Made by a program: the position numbers and the translations under genes. Shown one piece after another: positions 1-8,214 of a DNA stretch of 24,000 nucleotides; position 1 is the first letter of the stretch, and each line of letters begins with the position of its first letter. Source of the DNA: Oscillospiraceae bacterium (GTDB taxonomy: Bacteria; Bacillota; Clostridia; Oscillospirales; Oscillospiraceae); assembly GCA_015067435.1 (NCBI GenBank), contig SVMM01000015.1:2868-26867 (forward strand), given 5' to 3'. Under the pieces are notes generated by a model, which worked only from the letters and a program-made list of their open reading frames with translations, was not told where the DNA came from and made no database searches.

Positions 1-6
1 GATGAG

Positions 7-930
7 GTGCAACAGGAGTTTCAAAAGTTGTTGGAGGCGCTGGCGCGCGGCGAGTGCGCGACGCTGACGCGCGAGGTGGAGCAGGTGCACTATCTGCGGC
101 GCTTTGCCCCGCGCGAGAGATTGATCCTGCTCGGCGGCGGGCACGTCGCGCACGCGCTTGCCCGTATGGCGGCGATGCTGGACTTCGACGTGACCGTCGC
201 GGACGACAGGCCGGAGTTCGCCAACCGCGAGCGATTTCCCGGCGCGACCGTGGTCTGCGACGGCTTTGCGTCCGCGATCCAAACGGTCTCCGTGCGCGGG
301 AGCGACTATGTCTGCGTGCTGACGCGCGGGCACCGCTGGGACGGCGAGTGCCTGCGCGCGCTGCTGCGCGGCACGGAGCCAAGGTATCTCGGCATGATCG
401 GCTCGAAGCGGCGCGTCAGGGGCCTGTTCGGTGCGCTGGCGGAGGAGGGCTTCGATCCGGACGCGCTCGCGCGCATCCACGCGCCCATCGGACTGATGAT
501 CGGCGCGGTGACGCCGGAGGAGATCGCGGTTTCGATCTGCGCCCAGCTGATCGAATGCCGCCGCGCGTCGGCTGTGCCGGAAGGCGAGCCTCAAAGCGGG
601 GAGACGGTTTTGGAGCAGACGAACGCCGATCTCAATATGCTGCGCTTCCTCGCGGGGGAGGAAAAACGCAAGGCGCTGTGCCTCGTGCTGGAGACCCGCG
701 GCTCGACGCCGGTGAAATCCGGCGCGGCGATGGCGGTGGACGCGCTGGGGCGCGGCTACGGCACGGTCGGCGGCGGCTGCGGCGAGGCGGCGGTCATGGC
801 GCGCGCCCGGACGCTGCTCGGCACCGGAAAGACCGCGGTGATGGAGGTCGACATGACGGACGACGCCGCGGCAGAGGATGGACTTACCTGCGGGGGGACC
901 ATGAAAGTCTATTTGGAGGACTGCACATGA
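7..930 (+). CDS. XdhC/CoxI-family molybdoenzyme maturation accessory protein. The frame is open to the window edge, so the true start may lie upstream.
   Basis: 307-aa ORF. A Rossmann-like XdhC_C segment (RLILLGGGHVAHALARMAAMLDFDVTVADDR) lies near the N-terminus. An XdhC_CoxI-like segment (ALCLVLETRGSTPVKSGAAMAV..GTVGGGCGEAAV) lies near the C-terminus. The stop TGA 928-930 overlaps the next ATG (ATGA). Confidence 0.7.
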   Translation: MQQEFQKLLEALARGECATLTREVEQVHYLRRFAPRERLILLGGGHVAHALARMAAMLDFDVTVADDRPEFANRERFPGATVVCDGFASAIQTVSVRGSDYVCVLTRGHRWDGECLRALLRGTEPRYLGMIGSKRRVRGLFGALAEEGFDPDALARIHAPIGLMIGAVTPEEIAVSICAQLIECRRASAVPEGEPQSGETVLEQTNADLNMLRFLAGEEKRKALCLVLETRGSTPVKSGAAMAVDALGRGYGTVGGGCGEAAVMARARTLLGTGKTAVMEVDMTDDAAAEDGLTCGGTMKVYLEDCT

Positions 931-1862
931 ACGGGATCTCGTATTTTGACGCGCATTGCGACACGATCAGCTGCTGCGAAAAGCTGGGCTGGAGCCTGCG
1001 GGAAAACAAAGGACACCTCGATCTGGCGCGGCTGGGAGAATTTGACCGTGCGGCGCAGGTCTTTGCCATCTTCCACGACCTTGAAAAGGCGCCGGCGGAC
1101 GGCATGTTCGCGGAGTGCAGACGGCAGGCGGAGGTATTCCGGCGCGAGCTGGCGGAGAATGCCGCGCTCGCCGCGCCGTGCCGCACGGCGGAGGACGTGC
1201 GCCGCGCCAACGGCGAGGGAAAGGTCGCGGCTCTGCTCTCCTGCGAGGGCTCGGAGCTGCTGGACTGCGATCCGGAGAAGCTGGACTGGGCGCGCGAGGC
1301 GGGCGTCCGTTTCATCAACCTCACGTGGAACCACGCGAACTTCCTCTCCGGCTCCAACGCGAGCGAGCCGGAGCGCGGGCTCAACGATCTGGGGCGCGCC
1401 TTTGTCCGGCGCGCGCAGGAGCTGGACATCCGCATCGACGTATCCCACTGCTCCGACGCGGCGTTCTGGGATCTGATGGACGTGACGCAGGGCAAGGTCG
1501 TGGCGACGCACTCCGACGCCCGCGCCCTCTGCGGCAATGCGCGCAACCTCACGGACGATATGTTCCGCGCCATCGTGGAAAACGGCGGGTTTGTCGGACT
1601 CAACGCCTACGCTGAGTTTGTCCGGGAGGACGGCGAGGCGGGAATGGACGATTTCCTGCGCCATTTTGACCATTTTCTGGAGCTGGGCGGGGCGAAGCAC
1701 GTCGGCTTCGGGCTGGATCTCGACGGCTGCGACGTGCTGGCCGGCGGGATACGCGGCGTGCAGGACGTGCCGACGATCTGCGAGGCGCTGCGCCGACACG
1801 GGTACGACGACGCGCTGCTGGAGGATATCTTCTACAACAATCTGCTTCGCGTCCTTGAATAA
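927..1862 (+). CDS. Membrane-dipeptidase-family (peptidase M19) dipeptidase
   Basis: The internal ATG at 927 of the long 54..1862 ORF gives a 311-aa protein starting MNGISYFDAHCDTI (HxD metal motif). It also has THSDARALC and NLTDD motifs typical of M19. The part upstream of 927 is Arg/Ala-rich junk overlapping the XdhC gene. The ATGA overlap indicates translational coupling. Confidence 0.85.
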   Translation: MNGISYFDAHCDTISCCEKLGWSLRENKGHLDLARLGEFDRAAQVFAIFHDLEKAPADGMFAECRRQAEVFRRELAENAALAAPCRTAEDVRRANGEGKVAALLSCEGSELLDCDPEKLDWAREAGVRFINLTWNHANFLSGSNASEPERGLNDLGRAFVRRAQELDIRIDVSHCSDAAFWDLMDVTQGKVVATHSDARALCGNARNLTDDMFRAIVENGGFVGLNAYAEFVREDGEAGMDDFLRHFDHFLELGGAKHVGFGLDLDGCDVLAGGIRGVQDVPTICEALRRHGYDDALLEDIFYNNLLRVLE

Positions 1863-1871
1863 ACGGAACTG

Positions 1872-1914
1872 AAAAACGCTGCTCCGCGCGGAAAGCGCGG
1901 GGCAGCGTTTTTTG
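1872..1914. terminator. Bidirectional intrinsic terminator between convergent genes
   Basis: A GC-rich hairpin aacgctgctccgcgcg-gaaa-gcgcggggcagcgtt (about 1875-1909) is flanked by an A-run upstream and a T-run (tttttt) downstream. Confidence 0.7.
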
Positions 1915-1921
1915 ACGGAAA

Positions 1922-2467
1922 TTACCCGATCCAGCGGATCAGCTCGCCGACGCTCTTGCGGGCGGGGGCGGCGGGATTCTCGGCGGGATAGCCCATCGTG
2001 ATCAGGGCGGAGACGGTCTGCGTCGAGGGGAGCGCGATCGCCTCCGCGACCTTTTGCTCGTCAAAGACGCCGAGGATACAGGTGCCGACGCCGCAGTCGT
2101 GGGCGGCGAGGCAGAAGGTCTGCGCCGCGATGCCGGCGTCAAAGGACTCCCAGTGCGTCCCCTTGCTCGTGGAGAAGGAGCCGTCGCGCTCGTAGCCGGA
2201 GCGCTTGACGTTGACCGACTGCACGACCAGCACACTGCAGCTTTGCAGGATGGCGGCGTTGTGCGCGAAGCCGAGCACGGCTTCATTCGCGATCTTTTCA
2301 ATGACCGAGCGGTCGGTGACGACGTTGTAGCGCGCGACCTGCGTGTTCTTCCAGGACGGCGCATAGGCGGCGAGCGCCACGATCTGCTCGACGGTCTCTC
2401 TGGTGACGGGCTCGCCCGTGTAGCGGCGAACGCTGCGGCGGCCCCGGATGCTTTCCTTCGTGTCCAT
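1922..2467 (-). CDS. Nitroreductase-family protein
   Basis: 181 aa. The N-terminal IRGRRSVRRYTGEPV and APSWKNTQ motifs are typical of FMN nitroreductases. On the minus strand an aaggag RBS lies 8 nt upstream of the ATG. Confidence 0.85.
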   Translation of the reverse strand: MDTKESIRGRRSVRRYTGEPVTRETVEQIVALAAYAPSWKNTQVARYNVVTDRSVIEKIANEAVLGFAHNAAILQSCSVLVVQSVNVKRSGYERDGSFSTSKGTHWESFDAGIAAQTFCLAAHDCGVGTCILGVFDEQKVAEAIALPSTQTVSALITMGYPAENPAAPARKSVGELIRWIG

Positions 2468-2499
2468 TGCTTGCGCTCCTTCAGGTATTTGATAAAAAG

Positions 2500-2528
2500 A
2501 TTGTAGCGAATAAAGTGCGTTCTGTCAA
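2500..2528 (-). promoter_or_regulatory. Sigma-A-type promoter for the nitroreductase gene
   Basis: Read on the minus strand: TTGACA (2528..2523), a 17-nt spacer, then TACAAT (2505..2500), about 30 nt upstream of the start codon. Confidence 0.55.
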
Positions 2529-2584
2529 CCATCCGCCGCGGCGCGGACGACAAAATATCACACGAAATAACACGGCGGCATGAG

Positions 2585-2613
2585 GCATATGCCTGTCCGG
2601 CGGGGCATAGATT
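2585..2613 (+). promoter_or_regulatory. Candidate mother-cell (sigma-E-like) promoter of the spoIIIA operon
   Basis: gcatatg (2585-2591) and catagatt (2606-2613) loosely resemble the remembered sigma-E consensus (-35 ATATT-like, -10 CATACA-T). The spacing is shorter than ideal and the match is weak. Confidence 0.25.
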
Positions 2614-2637
2614 GAACCAGCAAGGGAGGGACGTGCC

Positions 2638-3588
2638 ATGGAAAAAGATCGCATCCGCCGCTACGAGCAGGCGGCGGAGCTGCTGCCGCCGCGGCTGCGC
2701 CGGCTGGCGCTGGAGCTGCCGGACGAGCGCAAGGCGCGCGCGGAGGAGCTGCGCCTTCGCGTGCGGCAGCCGCTGACGGTGCTCACGGGGGAGGGCGAGC
2801 TCTCCGTCACGCCGGCGGAGCGCGAGACGCTTGTGACCGGCGACGACATTGAGCGGATGATCGCCGGCGTGACGGAGTATTCGCGCTATGCTTCGCTCGA
2901 AACGATGCGGCAGGGCTATCTGACGGTGCGGGGCGGGTTCCGGCTCGGCGTGTGCGGCACGGCTGTGCTGCGCGACGGCGCCGTGTGCAACCTCAAGGAG
3001 CTCTCCGGCGTGGCACTGCGCATCGTCTGTGAGCGGCCGGGAATCGCCGCCGGCGTGGCGCCGCAGCTGTATGACGACGCGGGACGCCTGCAAAGCACGC
3101 TGATCCTCTCGCCGCCCGGCGGCGGAAAGACGACGCTGCTGCGCGACCTGATCCGCTGCGTCTCGCTGGGCGACGGGGAGCACCGCGCGCTGCGCGTCGC
3201 GGTCGTGGACGAGCGCAGCGAGCTGGCGGCGTCGTATCAGGGCTGCCCGCAGACCGAGCTGGGCAACCACACGGACGTGCTGGACGGCTGCCCCAAGGCG
3301 ATCGGGATCACCATGGTGCTGCGCGCCATGTCGCCGCAGGTGATCGCCGTGGACGAGATCGCGGCGCCGGAGGACGTCGAGGCGGTACGCGCGGCGGCAA
3401 ACTGCGGCGTCGCCCTGCTCGCCACGCTGCACGCCTCCAACGTCGGCGAGCTGCCGCGCAAGGCGCTCTGGCGCGAGCTGCTGCGCGCGGAGGTATTCTC
3501 CCGCGCGGTGGTGATCGAGGGGACAGGAGAGAAGCGCGCCTACCGCGTGGAGACGATCCCATGCTGCGATGGCTCGGCGCTGTCCTGA
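2638..3588 (+). CDS. spoIIIAA: Stage III sporulation protein AA (AAA-type ATPase)
   Basis: 316 aa. Walker A LILSPPGGGKTTLLRDL and Walker-B-like VIAVDEI are present. RBS agggaggg lies at 2623-2630. It is the first gene of an eight-gene spoIIIA-ordered cluster. Confidence 0.9.
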   Translation: MEKDRIRRYEQAAELLPPRLRRLALELPDERKARAEELRLRVRQPLTVLTGEGELSVTPAERETLVTGDDIERMIAGVTEYSRYASLETMRQGYLTVRGGFRLGVCGTAVLRDGAVCNLKELSGVALRIVCERPGIAAGVAPQLYDDAGRLQSTLILSPPGGGKTTLLRDLIRCVSLGDGEHRALRVAVVDERSELAASYQGCPQTELGNHTDVLDGCPKAIGITMVLRAMSPQVIAVDEIAAPEDVEAVRAAANCGVALLATLHASNVGELPRKALWRELLRAEVFSRAVVIEGTGEKRAYRVETIPCCDGSALS

Positions 3589-4049
3589 TCCTCACCGGCG
3601 GACTGCTGGCGCGCCGCACGATGATCGAGGGCGGACGCGCGGCGCAGCGGTGCCGCCGGGAGCTCGCGGCGGCGTTCGAGACCATGGAAGCCGAAGTCCG
3701 GCTGCTGCTGACGCCCATCCCCGCGCTGCTGCGCGGAAGCTACGGTGCGGCGGCGGACGTTTTCTTCGCGCGGGCGGCGGAGGCGGCGTCTGACGGGGCG
3801 GCGCCCGCGGAGGCGTGGCGGAGCGCGGCGGAGGCGCTGCCGCTGCCGGAGGAAGAGCGCGCCGCCCTCGGCGCATGGGGAGGACGGTTCGGCGGAGACG
3901 CCGAGAGCGTGTGCGCCGCGCTCTCGCTCGCGGCGAAGTCGATGCGTTCGCGCTATGATGAAAACGAGGCGCAACGCCCCGGACAGGAACGCCTGACATC
4001 ATCGATCTGCATTTGTATCAGTCTATTTATTTGCGTGCTGATGCTGTAA
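3561..4049 (+). CDS. spoIIIAB: Stage III sporulation protein AB
   Basis: 162 aa. It has an N-terminal TM segment (LGAVLILTGGLLA), a soluble helical middle and a hydrophobic C-terminal tail. A ggaga RBS precedes the ATG. It overlaps spoIIIAA by 28 nt and sits second in the cluster. Confidence 0.8.
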   Translation: MLRWLGAVLILTGGLLARRTMIEGGRAAQRCRRELAAAFETMEAEVRLLLTPIPALLRGSYGAAADVFFARAAEAASDGAAPAEAWRSAAEALPLPEEERAALGAWGGRFGGDAESVCAALSLAAKSMRSRYDENEAQRPGQERLTSSICICISLFICVLML

Positions 4050-4102
4050 CGTGTATCGGAATAACCTGTAAGTGATAATACTTTACATAGGTGATAAAAC
4101 CG

Positions 4103-4300
4103 ATGAATATTGATCTGGTTTTTAAGATTGCAGCGGTGGGGATCGTGGTTGCGGTGCTCAATCAGCTGCTGGTTCGCTCCGACCGTCCGGATCAGGCGAT
4201 GCTGGTGAGTCTGGCGGGGCTGGTGACGACGATGATGCTGCTCGTGCGGGAGATCAGCTCCCTGTTCGACCTCATCAAGTCGCTGTTCGGGTTCTCGTGA
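4103..4300 (+). CDS. spoIIIAC: Stage III sporulation protein AC
   Basis: A 65-aa two-TM protein. IAAVGIVVAVLNQLL resembles B. subtilis SpoIIIAC as I recall it. The RBS aggtga at 4089-4094 favours ATG 4103 over the GTG 4091 given in the ORF track. Confidence 0.85.
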   Translation: MNIDLVFKIAAVGIVVAVLNQLLVRSDRPDQAMLVSLAGLVTTMMLLVREISSLFDLIKSLFGFS

Positions 4301-4686
4301 TGGAGACGGTCGCGAGGGTCGCGGGGCTGTGCCTGACGGCTGCCGCCGCCGCGTCTCTGCTGCGGCGCGAGACGCCGGAGCTGTCCCTGCTGCTCGCCGC
4401 GGCGGCGGCGATCGTTGGCGGCGCGCTGCTGTTCGGCGCGGCGGCGGACGTCGCGGCGCTCGGCGGGGAGCTGATGGAGCTGACGGGGCTCTCCCCGGAG
4501 CTGTTCCGCCCGCTGTGGAAGGCGGCCGCCGTCGCATGGATCGCGCGGATCGGCTCCGCGCTGTGCGCCGATGCGGGGCAGGGCGCGCTGGCGCGGATCA
4601 TGGACGCGGCGGGCGCGCTGTGCGCGCTCTGCTGCGCCGTGCCGCTGCTCCGCGCGCTGCTGGAGCTGCTGAAAGGTTGGATCTGA
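4300..4686 (+). CDS. spoIIIAD: Stage III sporulation protein AD
   Basis: About 128 aa and multi-TM. It has a conserved DAGQGALA motif, as in SpoIIIAD. ATG 4300 shares one nucleotide with the spoIIIAC stop (TGATG). GTG 4297 is an alternative start. Confidence 0.85.
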   Translation: METVARVAGLCLTAAAAASLLRRETPELSLLLAAAAAIVGGALLFGAAADVAALGGELMELTGLSPELFRPLWKAAAVAWIARIGSALCADAGQGALARIMDAAGALCALCCAVPLLRALLELLKGWI

Positions 4687-4690
4687 ACGG

Positions 4691-5773
4691 ATGACGAGGG
4701 CATACGCTTCGCTTTTGCGGTTTGCCGCGCTGCTGGCGCTTTTGACGGCGCTTTCGGTTCCGGTTCACGCCGCACAGCTGCCCGAAACGCTGCGCGCTCT
4801 GCTGCCGGAGGAGATAGCCGCGTCGGAGGAGCTGGGCGGCGTGCTCGCCGCGGGGACGGCATGGCTGCGGGACACGGTGACGTCGTCGCTGGGAGCCTTT
4901 GTGCGCGGCGGCGTGCGCAACGCGGCGCTGCTGACGCTTACGGCAATGATCTGCGGTGCGGCGGAGGGGCTGTGCGCTCCCGCCGGGGAGGACGCTGCGC
5001 GCTATGTGCCCTACTGCGGCGTGCTGACGGCGGCGGCGCTCGCCGCGGGCGACCTGCGCGCACTCATCGGACTCGGCGCGCAGACGGTGGAGGAGCTTGC
5101 GACGCTGGGGCGGCTGCTGCTGCCGACGCTTGCCGCCGCGATGGCGGCGGGGGGCTACGTCTCGACCGCGGGCGTCTGGCAGGTGACGACGCTGATGGTC
5201 TGCGGGCTTTTGAACAACGCCGTGTCGTGCCTGCTGCTGCCGCTGGTCTACTGTCACATCGCCGCGTCCGCGGCGGGCGCGGTGCTGGACGGAAGCCGTC
5301 TGGAGCAGCTCGCGGACGGGATCAGGAAGCTCTCGTCCGGCGTGCTGATTGCCTTTACCGCCGCCTTCACCGCGTATCTGTCGATGGCGGGGGTGCTGAC
5401 CGGCTCCGCGGACCGCGCGGCGGTCAAGGCGGCGAAGCTGGCGGTGTCCGGCGCGATCCCGGTGGTGGGCGGCGTGCTCTCCGACGCGGCGGAGGGCGTG
5501 CTCGCGTCCGCCGGCGCGCTGCGCGGCAGCGTCGGCACGCTGAGCGTGTTCGTCCTGCTCGCGGTGTGTCTGACACCGCTGCTGCGCCTCGGCGTGCAGT
5601 TTTTGCTGTATAAGGCGGCGGCGTTCGCGTCCGGGCTGTTCGGACCGAAGCAGCTCACGGGCTTTCTCGACCGTCTGGGCGACGCGTTCGCGCTGGTGTT
5701 CGCCATGACGGCGGCGAGCGCGACGATCCTGCTTGCGGCGCTGCTGACCGCTATGACGGTCGCGGCGGGATAG
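4691..5773 (+). CDS. spoIIIAE: Stage III sporulation protein AE
   Basis: 360 aa. It has a signal-peptide-like N-terminus (LLALLTALSVPVHA) followed by multiple TM helices. The AIPVVGGVLSDAAEGVL region is typical of SpoIIIAE. It sits fifth in the cluster. Confidence 0.85.
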   Translation: MTRAYASLLRFAALLALLTALSVPVHAAQLPETLRALLPEEIAASEELGGVLAAGTAWLRDTVTSSLGAFVRGGVRNAALLTLTAMICGAAEGLCAPAGEDAARYVPYCGVLTAAALAAGDLRALIGLGAQTVEELATLGRLLLPTLAAAMAAGGYVSTAGVWQVTTLMVCGLLNNAVSCLLLPLVYCHIAASAAGAVLDGSRLEQLADGIRKLSSGVLIAFTAAFTAYLSMAGVLTGSADRAAVKAAKLAVSGAIPVVGGVLSDAAEGVLASAGALRGSVGTLSVFVLLAVCLTPLLRLGVQFLLYKAAAFASGLFGPKQLTGFLDRLGDAFALVFAMTAASATILLAALLTAMTVAAG

Positions 5774-5784
5774 GAGGGGATGAA

Positions 5785-6249
5785 ATGGCGGCTTTGCGGC
5801 AATGGCTGCTGGGCGTGATCGCCTGCGCGATGCTGGTGAGCCTTGCGGACCAGCTCTGTCCGAAGGGCACGGCACGCCTGCCGGTGCGCTTTGCGGGCGG
5901 GCTGCTGCTCCTGCTGGCCATGCTGCGCCCGGTCGGACTTGCGGAGGCGGCGGACGGCGCGTGGGCGGACGGCTACCGCGAGGCGGTGTCGCAGCTGGAG
6001 ATCGAGCTGGGCGGCGCGTGGGAGTCGTCCTTTTCCGACGGCATAGCGGAGAGACTGGCGGCATATATTGAGGACAAAGCGGAGGGCATGGGCGCTCCGG
6101 TGCGCGCGGAGGTAACGATGGAGACACGCGGCGGCACGCCCGTGCCGGAGCGCGTGACGCTGTACGGAGCGTACGACGGCGCGCTGTCCGCGTGGATCGC
6201 CGGAGAGCTCGGCGTTGCGAAGGAGAGGCAGCAATGGATCGACGGATGA
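5785..6249 (+). CDS. spoIIIAF: Stage III sporulation protein AF
   Basis: 154 aa. It has two N-terminal TM segments and then a soluble domain. The RBS aggagggg lies at 5773-5779. The call rests mainly on position and architecture. Confidence 0.7.
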   Translation: MAALRQWLLGVIACAMLVSLADQLCPKGTARLPVRFAGGLLLLLAMLRPVGLAEAADGAWADGYREAVSQLEIELGGAWESSFSDGIAERLAAYIEDKAEGMGAPVRAEVTMETRGGTPVPERVTLYGAYDGALSAWIAGELGVAKERQQWIDG

Positions 6250-6623
6250 ACGGCGGCAGGCTCGAACGGCTGCGCGCCGCCGCGGGGAAGTACAAGTACG
6301 CTCTGGCGGTCGTGCTGCTCGGCGCGGCGCTGATGCTGCTGCCCGCCGGGAGCCGGGAACCGCCGCGCGCGGCGGACGCGGACGCCGCCGACAGCCGGAC
6401 GGCGGCGCAGTCGGAGATGGAGGCGGCGCTCTCCGCCTTCGACGGCGTCGGACGGCTGCGGCTGCTGCTCAGCGTCGATCCCGCGACGCAGCGCTGCTCC
6501 GGTGCGCTGGTCGTGTGCGAGGGGGCGGGCAGCGCGGCGGTGCGCTTGCAGCTGACGCAGGCGGTGTCCGCGCTGACGGGACTGTCGTCCGACAAGATTG
6601 CGATTGTGAAAGGAAAGCCGTGA
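6234..6623 (+). CDS. spoIIIAG: Stage III sporulation protein AG (short form)
   Basis: The RBS aggagagg at 6221-6228 favours ATG 6234 (129 aa) over GTG 6192. It has one TM segment (YALAVVLLGAALMLL). Its C-terminal GALVVCEGAGSAAVRLQLTQAVSALTGLSSDKIAIV matches the remembered SpoIIIAG C-terminus (GVLVVAQGV....IIEAVTRVLDVPSHRVAV). Confidence 0.75.
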   Translation: MDRRMNGGRLERLRAAAGKYKYALAVVLLGAALMLLPAGSREPPRAADADAADSRTAAQSEMEAALSAFDGVGRLRLLLSVDPATQRCSGALVVCEGAGSAAVRLQLTQAVSALTGLSSDKIAIVKGKP

Positions 6624-6684
6624 CATGAAGAAGATTCGCGTGAGGATGCCCAAAATTTTCGGATTTTTCAGGAGGGACGATACC

Positions 6685-7269
6685 ATGAAGAAGCTGTGGA
6701 AACGCAATGCCGTCGTCGGCGCGATGCTGGTGCTGGTGATCGCCGCCATCGTGCTCAACGGGCGCTACGCCGAGACGGTGGAGCAGGCGGCGCAGCCGCC
6801 GGAGGGCAAGGTGCTCGGCCAGGCGGCGGAGGTGGTCGCCGGAACGGAGGACGCCGCGGAGGTCGCGGCGGAGGAGCCGGAGGCGGCGCAGGAAACCGCC
6901 GCGGCGCAGGAGCCGTCGGACTACTTCGCCACCGCCCGCCTTTCGCGCCAGCAGGCGCGCGACAGCGCGCTGTCATTGTTGCAGCAGGCGGGGGAGAGCG
7001 AGGAGATGGACGAGAACGTCGCCGATGAGGTCGCGCAGGGCATCGAGGCGCTCGCGGGCTACACGATGACGGAGGCGCAGATCGAGAACATGGTCATGGC
7101 AAAGGGCTACGACGACTGCGTGGTCTTCCTCTCGTCGGACAGCGTCAGCGTTGTCGTCTCGTCGCAGACCGACGGGCTCCAGACCGAGGACATCGCCCGC
7201 ATCACCGACATTGTCAAGCAGGAGACGGGGCTTCCCGCCAGCGCGATCAAGATTTTGGAGGTCAACTGA
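6685..7269 (+). CDS. spoIIIAH: Stage III sporulation protein AH
   Basis: The RBS aggaggg at 6670-6676 sits 8 nt before ATG 6685, giving 194 aa. ATG 6625 is an alternative start. The protein has an N-terminal TM, an acidic Ala/Glu-rich linker, then DYFATARLSRQQARDS and a C-terminal domain typical of SpoIIIAH. Confidence 0.75.
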   Translation: MKKLWKRNAVVGAMLVLVIAAIVLNGRYAETVEQAAQPPEGKVLGQAAEVVAGTEDAAEVAAEEPEAAQETAAAQEPSDYFATARLSRQQARDSALSLLQQAGESEEMDENVADEVAQGIEALAGYTMTEAQIENMVMAKGYDDCVVFLSSDSVSVVVSSQTDGLQTEDIARITDIVKQETGLPASAIKILEVN

Positions 7270-7300
7270 GCGGAAAATGAGCGCGCCGGCAAATTTACAG

Positions 7301-7329
7301 TTGTATTTTCGCGGAATCGATGGTAAAAT
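7301..7329 (+). promoter_or_regulatory. Candidate sigma-A promoter upstream of asp23-nusB
   Basis: TTGTAT (7301-7306), a 17-nt spacer, then TGgTAAAAT (7321-7329, extended -10). Confidence 0.35.
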
Positions 7330-7373
7330 ACCATAGCTAAAGCGAATGTATCCCAATGCAAGGAGTGATTCCC

Positions 7374-7721
7374 ATGGCTGAGTATTTGACCCGGTTCGAG
7401 GACAACGGGACCATCAATATCGCGGAGGACGTCGTCGCCGCCATCGTCGCGGACGCGGTGAAGCAGGTGGAGGGCGTCGGCGCGATGAGCCAGAACGTCA
7501 CCGAGCAGCTTTCGGGCAAGAAGGCTGTGCGCGGCGTGCGCGTGGAGAAGGTGGAGGACGCCATCGTCATCGACCTCTATCTGATGGCGCGCTACGGCTT
7601 CGCGATCCCGGAGGTCGCGCAGCAGGTGCAGGAGAGCGTGTCGAACGCCGTGGGCGGTATGACCGGCTTCCCCGTGAAGGAAGTCAACGTCCATGTCGGC
7701 GGCATCAGCTTCAACGAATGA
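7374..7721 (+). CDS. Asp23/Gls24-family envelope stress (alkaline shock) protein
   Basis: An aggag RBS lies 8 nt before ATG 7374, giving 115 aa. The IAEDVVAAIVADAVKQVEGV and VNVHVGGISF motifs are typical of Asp23/DUF322. Confidence 0.85.
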   Translation: MAEYLTRFEDNGTINIAEDVVAAIVADAVKQVEGVGAMSQNVTEQLSGKKAVRGVRVEKVEDAIVIDLYLMARYGFAIPEVAQQVQESVSNAVGGMTGFPVKEVNVHVGGISFNE

Positions 7722-7749
7722 ACAGACAGAAAGATAAGGGTTTTCGCCT

Positions 7750-8211
7750 ATGACGCGCAATACCGCAAGAGAAATCGCCGTCCATCTCGCCTATGAGCTG
7801 AGCTTTACGGACAAAAGCCCGGAGGAGCTTGTCGACGAACGGCTGAGCAGGGAACGCTTCGAGACGCTTTCGGGCGAGGATGAGCTCTACGAGGAAGCGC
7901 CGGGCCCGACGCAGGCGGAGTACATCCGCTCGCTGGTTTCGGGCGTCGCGGAGCACGCGCCGGAGCTGGACGGCTATATCGCCAAATACGCAAAGGGCTG
8001 GAAGTTCGAGCGCATACCGCTCGTCGCCGGCGCCGTCATGCGCGTGGCGATGTACGAGGTGCTCTACCGGCCCGATATTCCGAACGGCGCCGCCATCAAC
8101 GAGGCGGTGGAGATCGCAAAGAAGTATGAAACGCCGGAGACGGTGAAATTCATCAACGGCATCCTCGGAAGCTTCGTGCGCGAGGAGCTGGGAGAAGAAA
8201 ACAAAGAATAA
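7750..8211 (+). CDS. nusB: Transcription antitermination factor NusB
   Basis: 153 aa. The AREIAVHLAYE N-terminus and the AINEAVEIAKKY...FINGILG C-terminal region are typical of NusB. Synteny with xseA/xseB supports the call. Confidence 0.9.
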   Translation: MTRNTAREIAVHLAYELSFTDKSPEELVDERLSRERFETLSGEDELYEEAPGPTQAEYIRSLVSGVAEHAPELDGYIAKYAKGWKFERIPLVAGAVMRVAMYEVLYRPDIPNGAAINEAVEIAKKYETPETVKFINGILGSFVREELGEENKE

Positions 8212-8214
8212 CCG

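Noticed and set aside
54-926. The N-terminal 291 codons of the 602-aa ORF 54..1862
   Set aside because: They are Arg/Ala/Gly-rich low-complexity translation running out of frame over the well-supported XdhC-like gene. The recognisable M19 dipeptidase begins at ATG 927, which is coupled to the XdhC stop.
2002-3432. 476-aa minus-strand ORF spanning the nitroreductase, the intergenic region and spoIIIAA
   Set aside because: It crosses a divergent promoter region, has junk Arg/Ala-rich composition, and is out of frame or antisense to two well-supported genes.
3990-4102. An AT-rich dip at the spoIIIAB/spoIIIAC junction, as a possible internal promoter (gtgtat ... gataat)
   Set aside because: The hexamers are weak. 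The AT-richness is partly explained by the hydrophobic Ile/Cys/Leu/Phe-rich C-terminal TM of SpoIIIAB. There is not enough evidence to call a promoter.
4598-6595. 665-aa ORF on the minus strand across spoIIIAE-AG
   Set aside because: It is a shadow ORF typical of high-GC DNA. It has extreme Arg/Pro/Ala/Ser composition, no motifs and no RBS, and it lies antisense to a conserved sporulation operon.
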